64,000 bases of DNA from an uncultured Actinomycetota bacterium (lineage in GTDB: Bacteria; Actinomycetota; Actinomycetes; JAHEKZ01). The position numbers were made by a program, and so were the translations under genes. Shown here piece after piece: positions 41,371 to 51,900 of the stretch (position 1 is the stretch's first letter; the number at the start of each line of letters is the position of its first letter). The notes below the pieces were generated by a model. It ran no database searches. It saw only the letters and a list, made by a program, of their open reading frames with translations, and was not told the DNA's origin. The stretch is taken from NCBI GenBank assembly GCA_963829525.1, contig CAWHIJ010000003.1:2816001-2880000 (forward strand), given 5' to 3'.

Positions 41371-42558
41371 TCACGCTGAGGTTGCGCGCCACCCTGGACC
41401 CGACGACAGGGCCATCCGGCAGTGAGTGCGTCCCGGTAGGAGCAAGAACGGCTCCCTGGGGTCGCCGCCGGGTCCAGCACGCGGCGAAAACTCCGACGCT
41501 GCGACGATCTCGACGCTTTCCAGAGCTCCTGAACCGAACCGGCGCCAAACCCCGCCAACGTGCCGGTAGTCACGCAGCAGAACAGGGAGCAGTGCCGGCA
41601 GCTGGTCGTTCTCGACGACCAGCACGACGTCGCAATGCAGCGGCCGGCGCCGCAGTTCAACGACCGTCGCGTCAACGCGTGACTCATCGACGATGTCGAA
41701 GACGTGGGGGACGACGCCGAGGCCGAGACCTCGCCAGGCCTTACGGAACATCGCTCCCGTCGCGGCGTCGGAAGCCCGGCGCGCCACGCGGTCGACCAGC
41801 CGGCGCGGCTTCCGGCTGGCGGATGTCGGGTGGGGCGCATCTGACGCAGGTGGTGAGGACATCGCGGCCAGGCGAGGGGCCAGGATCTGCGAGCCCAGGT
41901 CGCCCAGCGGCTGCCAGTCGTGGCGGACAACGCAGTCGACCGCGCGCTCCGGTGACCAATCAGCAGGGCAGAGGCTTGCGAAGAAGTCCTCTCCTGGGCT
42001 CGGTCGCTCCAGGTCGCCCACTCGTGACAAGAGCTCGTCTGCCCGGTCCTGCTTGACGTGCCGCTTGTCGAGCACGCAGTGCAGCAAGATCGTCCAGAAG
42101 GTGTCGGTCGCCGACAGGCAATAGAGACCGTCGTCCATGATCCGCCGTTCGAGGCACCCTCGTTCCAGCTCCGAAGCGATCAGCAGCTCCTTGCTGTAGA
42201 TCACCTGGGTCACAATGTCGAGCTTGAGGTTCGGTCCGCGTCCGGGGATGTCGATGATGTACATGTGGTGCCACGGATACCTGCGCTGAGGCAGGGGTGC
42301 ACCACCGAGCCCGAAGATGACCTCCTCGGCAATGGGCAGATGAGCGGCTGCGACGAGCAGGTCGACGTCACGACCGGTTGCGAGCTCGGATCTGCCTCGG
42401 AGCAAGGCCCACGCCACTCCGCTGTCGGTAAAGGAGGTGAAGACCCGGTTCAGAAGGGTGCTGACCTCACCGGACTGCCCGGTCAGCGGACCGCTCCCTT
42501 GGCGCTCAGTCGGCCCGGAGGGTAGATCCGAGCCACACCACTCGTCTGCATAGGGCAA
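41371..42558 (-). CDS. Nucleotidyltransferase-like hypothetical protein (start uncertain)
   Basis: WALLRG...GRDVDLLV...LKLDIV Pol-beta-type motif. Confidence 0.6.
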   Translation of the reverse strand: MPYADEWCGSDLPSGPTERQGSGPLTGQSGEVSTLLNRVFTSFTDSGVAWALLRGRSELATGRDVDLLVAAAHLPIAEEVIFGLGGAPLPQRRYPWHHMYIIDIPGRGPNLKLDIVTQVIYSKELLIASELERGCLERRIMDDGLYCLSATDTFWTILLHCVLDKRHVKQDRADELLSRVGDLERPSPGEDFFASLCPADWSPERAVDCVVRHDWQPLGDLGSQILAPRLAAMSSPPASDAPHPTSASRKPRRLVDRVARRASDAATGAMFRKAWRGLGLGVVPHVFDIVDESRVDATVVELRRRPLHCDVVLVVENDQLPALLPVLLRDYRHVGGVWRRFGSGALESVEIVAASEFSPRAGPGGDPREPFLLLPGRTHCRMALSSGPGWRATSA

Positions 42559-42834
42559 ACTTACGCGACGTCGTCACCTGGCTCGCGACGGGTTCAGCAC
42601 TCGACGGCTCCCCCTCACCGCGCAAGGCAGCGCCCTCCGGCTCGCGGCCGGTGGGACGGGCCACTCGTCCGGCGTAAGAATGGCCGTTCATTCGTGTGCG
42701 CGTCGGGTCCTCGCTAAACTTACCGTTTTCTTGGTGTTTCGCCTTGCCTTGGTGGGAACAAGGGTCATCACTGGCTGTCGGCGACACCTTCGAGGTGTGG
42801 GCGAGCTCGAGCTCGCCGAAGGGGCGAACCTGCG

Positions 42835-44217
42835 GTGCCGAAAGAAGACTCAGAAGTGCTGGCTGTAGAGCCTGCTGCCCCAGCGCGCCCCCGCCCCCGC
42901 CCGATGTCACTGTTCCGCTCGCTCGTCTACTTCGTCCAGTCCTACCTTCTGGCAATCGTCGGCTACCTCGCCGTAAGCGTCCTGGCAGCACGGATCCTGG
43001 GCACCTCACAGTTTGGCTACTACGTCGCGCTCGTCACAGCGGCCAACTTCATCGGGCAGTTCGCGCTGATGGGGGTGCACCGGTCTGGGCTTCGCGAAGC
43101 TTCCCGAGCCAACTCCTCGGAGGCGTTGAACGGCCTACGTCGCGGCGTGCGGGCCGTTCTGCTCGTACCCCTGCCAGCGGCGTCGCTTGCCACCGCCGCT
43201 GGCGTGTTGCTCATCCAGGGGGACATCAAACCGGGCGGCATCGCAACGGCCGCGCTCACCGGGGTCCTGGTTTTCGCCACCGGCTATCAGAAGGTGAGCG
43301 CCAACTTCCTGCGCGGGCTTGGACACCTGCGTGCTGCGACTTTGGTCACGGGTCGCTCTGGCGGGGCGCTGGTAGCGCTCGGGCAGGCGCCAGCACTGGC
43401 TGTGGCCCTCTGGCTGGTGCCAGAGTCGGGGCTCCCCGGGGTTATGGTCTGCACCTTGTTCGGGTACCTGCTACCACTGCTGTGGGCGTGGTGGCTGCTC
43501 CACAAGAGCTTGCCGCACGACGGGGTGCGCAGCCACACCATGCGAGACCTTCGAGGGGTCCTAAAACGCGACTGGCGCTTCCAGTTCAGCCAGACGGGCG
43601 GCTTCCTCAACTCGACCGTCGAGCTGTGGCTGGCGGGAGCCGTTCTCTCGGCAAGCGGCCTGTCGCTGTTCGCCGGCGCGCAGCGGATCGGGCACCTGAT
43701 GGTCATCCCGAGCACTTCGCTGAGTGTGGTGTTCAGTCCTGCCCTGGCAAGGCTGGCCAAAAAGGACGACCACGGCCATTTCGAGAAGTTGGTCAGGACG
43801 GCAGCAACGGTGTCCGCATCCGCGACCGCCTTGCTGTGGATACCCATCATGCTGGTTCCAGGTTTCATCCTCACGCTCATCCTGGGCGAAGGATTCGCCG
43901 CGGCCGCGCCAGCTCTGATGTTCATTGCAACCGGGTTCATGCTGAACTCGATCAGCGGGATGTCGGCGACGACCCTGTCAATGTCGCACCACGAGGGCGA
44001 CGTCGCGGTGATCAACTGGTGCGCGGTCGCGCTGCGCGTGGTCTCCGGTCTGGTGTGCGCTCACTTCTGGGGCCTGACCGGCCTCGCCGCCTCGTCGGCG
44101 GGGGTCGCCACCCTCTTCTACTTCGCCACCTGGTCGGCCGCGCGCTGGCGCCTGTCGATCTCGACCCAGGCGACGCTGCATCCGGACATCGGCCTCTTGC
44201 GCCGGGTCTCGGGCTGA
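42835..44217 (+). CDS. Oligosaccharide flippase (Wzx/MOP family)
   Basis: About 12 hydrophobic segments, ARILGTSQFG, VFSPALARL, LGEGF. Confidence 0.78.
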   Translation: MPKEDSEVLAVEPAAPARPRPRPMSLFRSLVYFVQSYLLAIVGYLAVSVLAARILGTSQFGYYVALVTAANFIGQFALMGVHRSGLREASRANSSEALNGLRRGVRAVLLVPLPAASLATAAGVLLIQGDIKPGGIATAALTGVLVFATGYQKVSANFLRGLGHLRAATLVTGRSGGALVALGQAPALAVALWLVPESGLPGVMVCTLFGYLLPLLWAWWLLHKSLPHDGVRSHTMRDLRGVLKRDWRFQFSQTGGFLNSTVELWLAGAVLSASGLSLFAGAQRIGHLMVIPSTSLSVVFSPALARLAKKDDHGHFEKLVRTAATVSASATALLWIPIMLVPGFILTLILGEGFAAAAPALMFIATGFMLNSISGMSATTLSMSHHEGDVAVINWCAVALRVVSGLVCAHFWGLTGLAASSAGVATLFYFATWSAARWRLSISTQATLHPDIGLLRRVSG

Positions 44218-44237
44218 CCGCAGCGCAGGCAGGCCCG

Positions 44238-45561
44238 TCAGTCGGCGGGGGCGCGGAGCGCGGTCAACACCAACGCTCGCGCCGTGACGCCGACATCCGG
44301 TAGCCGCACCTGCTCGATCGCAGAGTGCGCGTGACGTGCCTCGCCCGGACCGTAGTGGATGCTCGGGATGCCGGCACCGTTGTAGAGCCGGAGGTCGCTG
44401 CCGTACGGCGCTCCGCGTCGCCGCGGTCGGACGCCGCCCGTCACGTCGGCGACGGCACCTTGCACGGTCGGCAGCAACCAATGGTGGTCGGCCGCCCCGT
44501 CATCGCCAGCACCGTCGTACCGGCCGCTGGCGAACTGGCCGCCGCTCCACGCCACGCGCACCGGATGATCGCGCAGCCACGGGTCGGCGGCGCTGGCCTC
44601 GGCGACCCGCTCCTCGAACGCAGCCCTGGCCACGGCGACGTCTTCACCGAGCTGGACGCCGTACCGCCCTTCGGCGGTCAGCCGATCAGGCACGGTGCTC
44701 GACCAGTCGCCGGCATCCACGCGACCCACCATCAACGGATAGGCGATCGGGTACTCGGCCATCAGCGGAGAGACGTCAGCGTTCCGTTCACGCTCGAGGT
44801 CCTGCAGCGCCCGGTAGACCGGCAAGAAACACGTCGAGGGCCGAGACTCCCTCGTACCTGGTGCTGCCGTGCGTAGCGGCACCCTCAACCGTCAACGTGA
44901 ACGTCAGGGCGCCACCGGTCGCGATGATCGCCGTCTCACTGGTCGGCTCGGTAATGACGCACGCCCGCGCCGTGTGACCGCGCCGCAGGGTGGCGAACGT
45001 CCCCAGGCCCCCGTCCTCCTCGCCGCCGACCGCGTGCACCGCGATCGGCCCGGGCAGCTGCACGCCCGACCGCACCAACGCCTCAACGGCGATCAGGTTC
45101 GCGACCACGCCCGCCTTCATGTCGCAGGCACCTCGCCCGAACATGACGTCACCCTCCACTCGGGCAACGAACGGGTCACCCTGCCACTGCGCGAGATCAC
45201 CAGGTGGGACGACGTCGGTGTGCCCCTGGAACGCCAGCACCGGAGCGGCCCCGGTATCAGCACCAAGCACGCCGACGGTCCCCCAGGCTTCCTCGCGGGG
45301 AGCCTCCATCCCGGGAAAGTCGGGGTCTGCCGTCAACGAGGCGAGATCGACCTGCCAGTGGTCCACGTCGCAGCCCAGCGCCCCAAGGCGGTCGGCCACC
45401 CACCGCTGCGCCTCCCCCTCAGCGGCTGTCCCCGTCACCGAAGGGATCGCGATCAGCTCGGCCAACATCGCCGTCCACGTCGCCGGCCCCAACGCGTCGA
45501 CGGCATCGAGCGCCGCTCGCTCGGCATCGGACAACGACGGCTGGCCCGACGACAGGGTCAT
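44238..45561 (-). CDS. ArgE/DapE-family M20 deacylase; frameshift near 44828
   Basis: GHTDVVP, GRGACDMKAG, GEEDGG, YGSD, YGPG...HS; split over two frames. Confidence 0.85.
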
Positions 45562-46430
45562 GCGCGCCAGAGCGGCTGCGTCAGACACGTCGGCCCGCCG
45601 TCACCCTTGACGGCCACCTCGGTGCCGGCGAACTCGTGCACCTTCACCCCTGCCGCATCGAGCTTGGCGCGCACCTTGTCGTTGCCGGCAGCCAGCACGA
45701 CCTCACCGGGAGCCACCGCCAGAATGTTGGCTCCTTGCGTCAACATCTCGTCCTCGTCGACCGTGATCCGCGCGATCCCTCGTTCGTCGAGCAGCTCGAG
45801 AAGCGCCACCGGTGCCAGGTGCTCGTAGACCACAGCCAAGTCGTGCGCGATCGGCGAGATCACGCTCATCAGGTGCAGCACCGCGTCCGGCCCGAGGTAG
45901 TGCGGCAGGTCGACGCTGATCACGCTGACGCCGTGCGGCTCGAGCAGCGCCCGGAACTGCGCAACGGCTGAAGCGTTCGTGCGGTAGCCACGCCCGACCA
46001 CCAGGGTGCGTGCGTCGAGCCAGACCTTGTCGCCGCCGTCGCTGACGGCGTCACCGGTCAACGCGCCCAGGATCGGGACTCCGAGCCGCTCGAAGTCGGC
46101 GCGCATCGCGGCCGGCTCTGGGGAACGCACCGGCTTGCGCATCTGCAGCAGGATCGACCCATGCGGCGTCATCACGGCCGGGTCGTGGGTGTAGACCGCA
46201 TCGACGAGACCATCGATCGGCTCGCCGATGAGCACCTCAGCGCCGAACCCGCGCAACAAGTCAACGAACTCAGCATGCTGCGTCAGCAAGAGGTCGCGGT
46301 CGGGCTCGCGCCAGTGGGCGTCGGCAACAAACTCACCCACCGTCGTCGGCGTTCGGACGAAGACCTTCTTCAGGGGCGAGACCATGTCGGGCGTGCCCCA
46401 GCCGGACATCTCATTGGTAAGTGCGCTCAT
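45558..46430 (-). CDS. Amidinotransferase / dimethylarginine dimethylaminohydrolase family protein
   Basis: DAVYTHDP, DGGD, RTN, HL, C-terminal GGPTCLT. Confidence 0.88.
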   Translation of the reverse strand: MSALTNEMSGWGTPDMVSPLKKVFVRTPTTVGEFVADAHWREPDRDLLLTQHAEFVDLLRGFGAEVLIGEPIDGLVDAVYTHDPAVMTPHGSILLQMRKPVRSPEPAAMRADFERLGVPILGALTGDAVSDGGDKVWLDARTLVVGRGYRTNASAVAQFRALLEPHGVSVISVDLPHYLGPDAVLHLMSVISPIAHDLAVVYEHLAPVALLELLDERGIARITVDEDEMLTQGANILAVAPGEVVLAAGNDKVRAKLDAAGVKVHEFAGTEVAVKGDGGPTCLTQPLWRA

Positions 46431-46584
46431 GGCGCGACCGTAGTGGGCGCTGCTGCCCTGCGTCGAGGCGAACTGCGACGGGGCCAGCCGCTTGCCGGGC
46501 CGTTCCGTCAGCGCATAGCGTCAGGGTTCCCAGGTGGTGAACGGTCAGAAGCCCCCAGAGAAACCCCAGAGAAGGCGGTGTGCG

Positions 46585-47667
46585 GTGCACGAGGTTCGCG
46601 GAGTGGTGGCGAAGGGCAAGGGTGCCCCAGTCACAGTTGAGACGATCTTGGTCCCCGACCCCGGCCCAGGCGAGGCACTGGTCGACGTCCAGGCGTGCGG
46701 CGTCTGCCACACCGACCTGCACTACCGCGAGGGTGGCATCAACGACGACTTCCCGTTCCTGCTCGGCCACGAGGCGGCCGGCGTGGTCTCAGCCGTCGGT
46801 GAAGGCGTCACCGACGTCGCCCCCGGCGACTACGTCATCCTCAACTGGCGCGCGGTCTGTGGCCAGTGCCGGGCCTGCCGACGCGGACGCCCGTGGTACT
46901 GCTTCGCCACCCACAACGCCACGCAGAAGATGACCCTCGCCGACGGCACCGTCCTCTCGCCCGCGCTCGGCATCGGCGCCTTCGTCGAGAAGACGCTCGT
47001 CGCCGCGGGCCAGTGCACGAAGGTCAACTCCGACGCCGCACCCGACGTCGCTGGCCTGCTCGGCTGCGGTGTGATGGCCGGCATCGGTGCTGCGATCAAC
47101 ACCGGCGGCGTCACCCGCGGTGACTCTGTCGCGGTATTCGGCTGCGGAGGTGTCGGCGATGCCGCCATCGCCGGGGCGAAGCTCGCTGGCGCACACACGA
47201 TCATCGCCGTCGACGTCGACGACCGGAAGCTGCAGTGGGCCAGCGAGTTCGGCGCGACGCACACGGTCAACGCCAAGAACGAGAACCCCGTGGACGCCAT
47301 CAAGCGAATCACCGAGCACGGTGCCGACGTATGCATCGAGGCGGTCGGCAACCCGGCGACCTTCCAGCAGGCGTACGACGCGCGCGAGCTGGCCGGCACG
47401 CTGGTGCTCGTTGGCGTGCCCACACCCGACATGCAGTGGACGACCCCACTCATCGACATCTTCGGACGCGGCGGCTCGATCAAGTCGTCGTGGTACGGCG
47501 ACTGCCTTCCCAGTCGCGACTTCCCGATGCTGATCGACCTCTACCTGCAAGGACGCCTGCCTCTCGAGAAGTTCGTCTCCGAGAAGATCGGCATCGACGA
47601 CGTCGAGCCGGCGTTCGCCAAGATGCACTCAGGTGATGTGCTCCGCTCGGTGGTCATGTTCTCGTGA
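46585..47667 (+). CDS. mscR: S-(hydroxymethyl)mycothiol dehydrogenase
   Basis: [23 protein letters not shown], CxxCxx[10 protein letters not shown]. Confidence 0.93.
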   Translation: MHEVRGVVAKGKGAPVTVETILVPDPGPGEALVDVQACGVCHTDLHYREGGINDDFPFLLGHEAAGVVSAVGEGVTDVAPGDYVILNWRAVCGQCRACRRGRPWYCFATHNATQKMTLADGTVLSPALGIGAFVEKTLVAAGQCTKVNSDAAPDVAGLLGCGVMAGIGAAINTGGVTRGDSVAVFGCGGVGDAAIAGAKLAGAHTIIAVDVDDRKLQWASEFGATHTVNAKNENPVDAIKRITEHGADVCIEAVGNPATFQQAYDARELAGTLVLVGVPTPDMQWTTPLIDIFGRGGSIKSSWYGDCLPSRDFPMLIDLYLQGRLPLEKFVSEKIGIDDVEPAFAKMHSGDVLRSVVMFS

Positions 47668-48293
47668 CCGCGCGCATCGACCACCTGGTCACCTCCGGCA
47701 CCTTCTCGCTCGACGGCGAGACCTTCGACGTCGACAACAACGTCTGGATCGTCGGCGACGACGATGAATGCGTGGTGATCGACGCACCACACGATGTCGA
47801 CGCAATCATGGACGTCGTCGGCGATCGTCGCGTCAAGGCGATCGTCTGCACGCACGCGCACGACGACCACGTCCGGTTCGCGCCCGAGCTCGCCGAGCGA
47901 ACCGGTGCGCCGGTGATGCTGCATCCCGCTGACGAGCAGGTCTGGGAGCTGACCCACCCCGACCGCTCAGCCGACGACGACCTCGAGGACGGCGACGTGA
48001 TCAGCGTCGCCGGCGTCCAGCTCGAGGTGCACCACACACCCGGGCATGCACCGGGCGCGGTCTGCCTCTACTGCCCCGAGCTCGGCGTGCTCTTCAGCGG
48101 CGACACGCTCTTCTCCGGGGGCCCTGGAGCAACGGGCCGCTCGTTCTCGGACTTCCCCACGATCGTCGAGTCGATCGACATGCTCATCACCGAGCTGCCC
48201 GCTGACACAGTGGTGCACACCGGCCACGGCGACTCGACGACGCTCGCCGCCGAAGCGCCGCACCGCCAGGAATGGCTCGACCGCGGGCACTGA
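47664..48293 (+). CDS. MBL-fold metallo-hydrolase (mscR partner)
   Basis: [29 protein letters not shown]. Confidence 0.9.
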   Translation: MTARIDHLVTSGTFSLDGETFDVDNNVWIVGDDDECVVIDAPHDVDAIMDVVGDRRVKAIVCTHAHDDHVRFAPELAERTGAPVMLHPADEQVWELTHPDRSADDDLEDGDVISVAGVQLEVHHTPGHAPGAVCLYCPELGVLFSGDTLFSGGPGATGRSFSDFPTIVESIDMLITELPADTVVHTGHGDSTTLAAEAPHRQEWLDRGH

Positions 48294-48380
48294 TCCGGGC
48301 GGTGACGGCGCGTTCAACGCCCAAGAACCGTCCGACGGTCACCCATTCGACCGGTGCGGGATCCTGAACGGTGAGATAAC

Positions 48381-48581
48381 GTGAATGAACCGAAACCGGG
48401 GGCCGGAGGAACCATGGGAACAGCCGAGTCGACTCCACCCGTCGACCCAGAGATCGTCGACATGGTCGACCACGTGCGCAACCGGTATGGAGCACATGGC
48501 CTGCGCCAGCTGATCGCGCTGGCCACAGCCGAGGCCGAAGACACCGAGAGCGCGCTCGCCGCGCTCACCGACGCGAACTGA
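48381..48581 (+). CDS. Small hypothetical protein
   Basis: Fills an intergenic gap; GC3-rich codons. Confidence 0.5.
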   Translation: MNEPKPGAGGTMGTAESTPPVDPEIVDMVDHVRNRYGAHGLRQLIALATAEAEDTESALAALTDAN

Positions 48582-48582
48582 G

Positions 48583-48930
48583 CTATCCAGAAGTCACAGA
48601 AGCCGGAGCAGTGAAGTACTCCGGGCGTGACACGTAGGTCTCTGAGACGAACATGACCCCGGCGTGCGTCTCGAAGAACCCCCGCATGCCGGCCAGGACG
48701 CCGTCGAGCACCGCGTCCGGCAACACCGCGACCATCATCGTCGGGCCGGTGTGATCGTTGAACATCAACCGCCCCTCACTTCGGCCGTGGTGCCCGAAGC
48801 CGGACGCGGCAGGCACACCAGTCCACCCGGTGACGCCTTCTGCCACGAGCAGCTGCTCGACGAAGGAGACATCAGAGGCGTCGACGACGATCTCGAGTCT
48901 GGTCATGGGCGTGAGTCCGTTGCTGTTCAT
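48583..48930 (-). CDS. P-II-like small protein (DUF190/SbtB-like)
   Basis: RLEIVV, GVTGWT, SGFGHHG, GVMFVS; ATGA-coupled to the dab gene. Confidence 0.8.
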   Translation of the reverse strand: MNSNGLTPMTRLEIVVDASDVSFVEQLLVAEGVTGWTGVPAASGFGHHGRSEGRLMFNDHTGPTMMVAVLPDAVLDGVLAGMRGFFETHAGVMFVSETYVSRPEYFTAPASVTSG

Positions 48931-51900
48931 CGCGTTGCTCCGATGGTTGGGGTGGATGATCCGGACAGGTCGACGACAGGTGAGATGGCGTCAGGCTCCT
49001 GGGCTGTATGGGCAAACCACGGACGCCACTTGCCGCCGGTCAGGTAGCGCTGCGGCTCTGGGGAGGTCGGGTCCAGCACGACGAGGGAGACCCACTCATT
49101 GCCGAAGAGGGTCTGCAGCACCGGGTTGCGGGCAACCACGGCGGCAACGCGATCGAGCGGTGCTTGGACAACCGTCATCAACCGCAGCGGCTGGTGACGC
49201 AGCTGGACACCCTCAGCGTCGACGCTCTCGGCAACTGCCTGAAGCGGCAGCCCAGGCTTGAGGTCACCGCGTGGACCGGATAGCACTCCGATGCGCCCCA
49301 CGAGGTTGTGCAGCACCTTCGATCCTGAGCCGAAGTGGTCGGGGTCGACGCTGCTGAAGTAGTACTGCGTGTTGATCCACTCTGCGACAACCATGGGAGC
49401 AGTCAGGATGACCTCAAGGCCAGCCCCCTCCTCGTCGTCCTGCCACCGGTATGAGTGGAGGAAGGCGCGTCCGCCGAGGTCACATCGTTCGGTGATCGAC
49501 CGGTCGCCGACGACGAAGGCCGCGTTGCCCGCGAGCCCCCACTCTGGACGCGTCTGCGCCCAGTCTGCAGCGCGTCGCTCGACGTGCCGCCGCGCCGCCG
49601 CAGGTGTCGCCCCTTTGGGCGCGTCCGGAAGGGTACCGATGCGCTGCCCGGACAGCGATCGCGTGGCGCTGTCCAACATCACCCTCAGCTCAGCGACGTC
49701 CTGCCAGTGCGACGTCGGCACCTGGTCGGCGTCGAGCAGTGTCACGGTGTCGACCGTCGTGTCGTGCTCAGCCGGAAGGAACCACGTGCTGTTGGGGACA
49801 TCGATGCCCACGTCGGCGAGGCGACCGCGCACCACGTCGGAGTTCAAGATGGTCGCCAACGCCCTGGCGTTCACGCCTCCGGGGTTTCCGCCACACGCGC
49901 CGCAGTCATAGGCCGCCTCGAACGGGTTGTTCTCGGTGTGGCTGCCGTGACCGGAGATCATCACGAGTCGAGCAAAGTCGCGCGTGAGGCCCATGGTGCG
50001 GAGGGCAGCTTCAGCCAGGAAGAGCTGCTCGTCGGCTGAGAACCCGAGTCCGTCGCGCGTCTCGTCGATCGTCTGGCGCGTCGGCACAGGTGGCTGAACC
50101 ACGTCTCGGGTCGCCTTGCGCAGCCCGAACCAGGCACGCGGAGACACGGTTCGAAGCAACGTCAGCGGGGCCAGCAGCCAACCGGCAGCCTCGGCGAACG
50201 AGTAGGGGGCGTTCGGAGCCTTCTGAGCCTCGACCGTCGAAGCCGCCATCTGACGCTGAGCGCGGGCCCCTGTCAGCGCCCGGTGCGCCAACTCGTGGTG
50301 TTGCGGCCCGGCCACCTCGTGGATTCCGTGGCGTGGCGTGAGAAGCACGGGGCACTGCGCCGTCCCGCACGCGGCAGCGAGGGACGTGTGTGTAAAGGGC
50401 ACTGCAAAGAAGCCGGCAAACCCGAGCGTCTGCACGGAGCCGGCGGCCTCCAGCTGGCGTCGCAGTGGCTCGGAGCGCACGTCAATGCAGAAGACCGCCT
50501 GAACATCGGGGCCCACTTCGGCTTCATCGGGTTCCGCCTCGGCCCAGGTGGCAAGCTCGGAAACCAGCGGGTCGCGGAACGTCGCCTCTTGAGCGGTGCG
50601 CCAGATCCGTGGCGCTTCTTCGCGGACGGCCTCAACGTAGCGAAGCAGCGTGATCAGTGAGACGTCGTCCAGTCCGCCGAGCGCCTCGGCGTCCAAGCCG
50701 GCGGCGAGCGCGACTTGCTCAAGGTGCAAGATCGCGCGTTGGGTCGTTGCCGGCAGACCGGTGGCGAGCTCCTCGGGGAGTGAGCCTGCACCAATCGATC
50801 CTTGGGCGGACGACGACTCGGTTGCGACGATGAGCCGCTCGACGCTCAGGTGGATCGCGGCCAGGTCAAGCAGGGTCGCGGTGTCGCTGCCACTTTCGCG
50901 CTCAAGCCACGCAACATGCGACGCCCAGCCAGGCAGCCGGGCGAAGGTGGCTGTCAGGTACTCGCTCCATTCGTCATTTCCGATCCCCATCAACGAGAGC
51001 TGATGGGCCACCGTCTCGTCGGCGCGCCTCGGGAGGGCAGCAACCGCTGCGGCAAAACCCTTAGCGCGCATGGATCGGTCGACCGTCACCGTCTGCACCA
51101 GGCTGCGCCAGCGGGCGAACAGCGGTCCCCGTGGCGCCGACCAACGCACGTCGTCGTCGGCGAGGAGGTAGGCGAGCCAAGCGGCCACGGCATCGGCGAT
51201 CTGGTCGTCCAGCGCAGTGCCGCGGTCGCGGTCTGTCCGCCCGGCGATTGTCAGCATGACGCCATCGTCGTGCAGCAGGTTCCCGACGCGCGCTCCGAGC
51301 GACATCACCGCGGTCCTTGCGGCGCCATGAAGTGCGCGGGGCACACCATCCTCGGTGGTGATCAGCATGTTGCGCGTCAGATCGACCGGCGAGGTTCGAG
51401 GGAGCATCGGCGGTACGGGAAGGGTGTCGATGCGCTCGAGGATGGCAGCGACAAGGGCGCTGTCCGTCACCTCGCCAGCCGCGTAGAGACGCTGGTAGTG
51501 AGCGGTCGAGAGTGCGACCGCGCCCCCGCGGGCACGCGCGGCGCGGTCCGTCGCCTCGTCGAAGGGAAGGTGCTCAAGGCCGGCCAACGGGTTGCTGGCG
51601 ACGAACTGGCCCAGCGGCCAGGAGGGCGCAACGATCTGCGACGCCGCAGCAACGCTGGCACGTGCCCGCGCTCGCTCGACCGGTGTGATGACCGTTGTCG
51701 ACTCGTGGGTGGGAACGACGTGGCGCTTGCCACCCCTTGGTGACATTGCCGCAGCAACTGCCCGTACGACCATTGCCGGCGCGCGTCCAGAACGAGCTCT
51801 GTGATCGACAATGACGCCGAGCACGCCAAGCCCCAGAAGGAGCGAGACGAGGACCAGCAGCACCGGTGCCGGCAGCGCCGGGCCGGTCACACCGATGACG

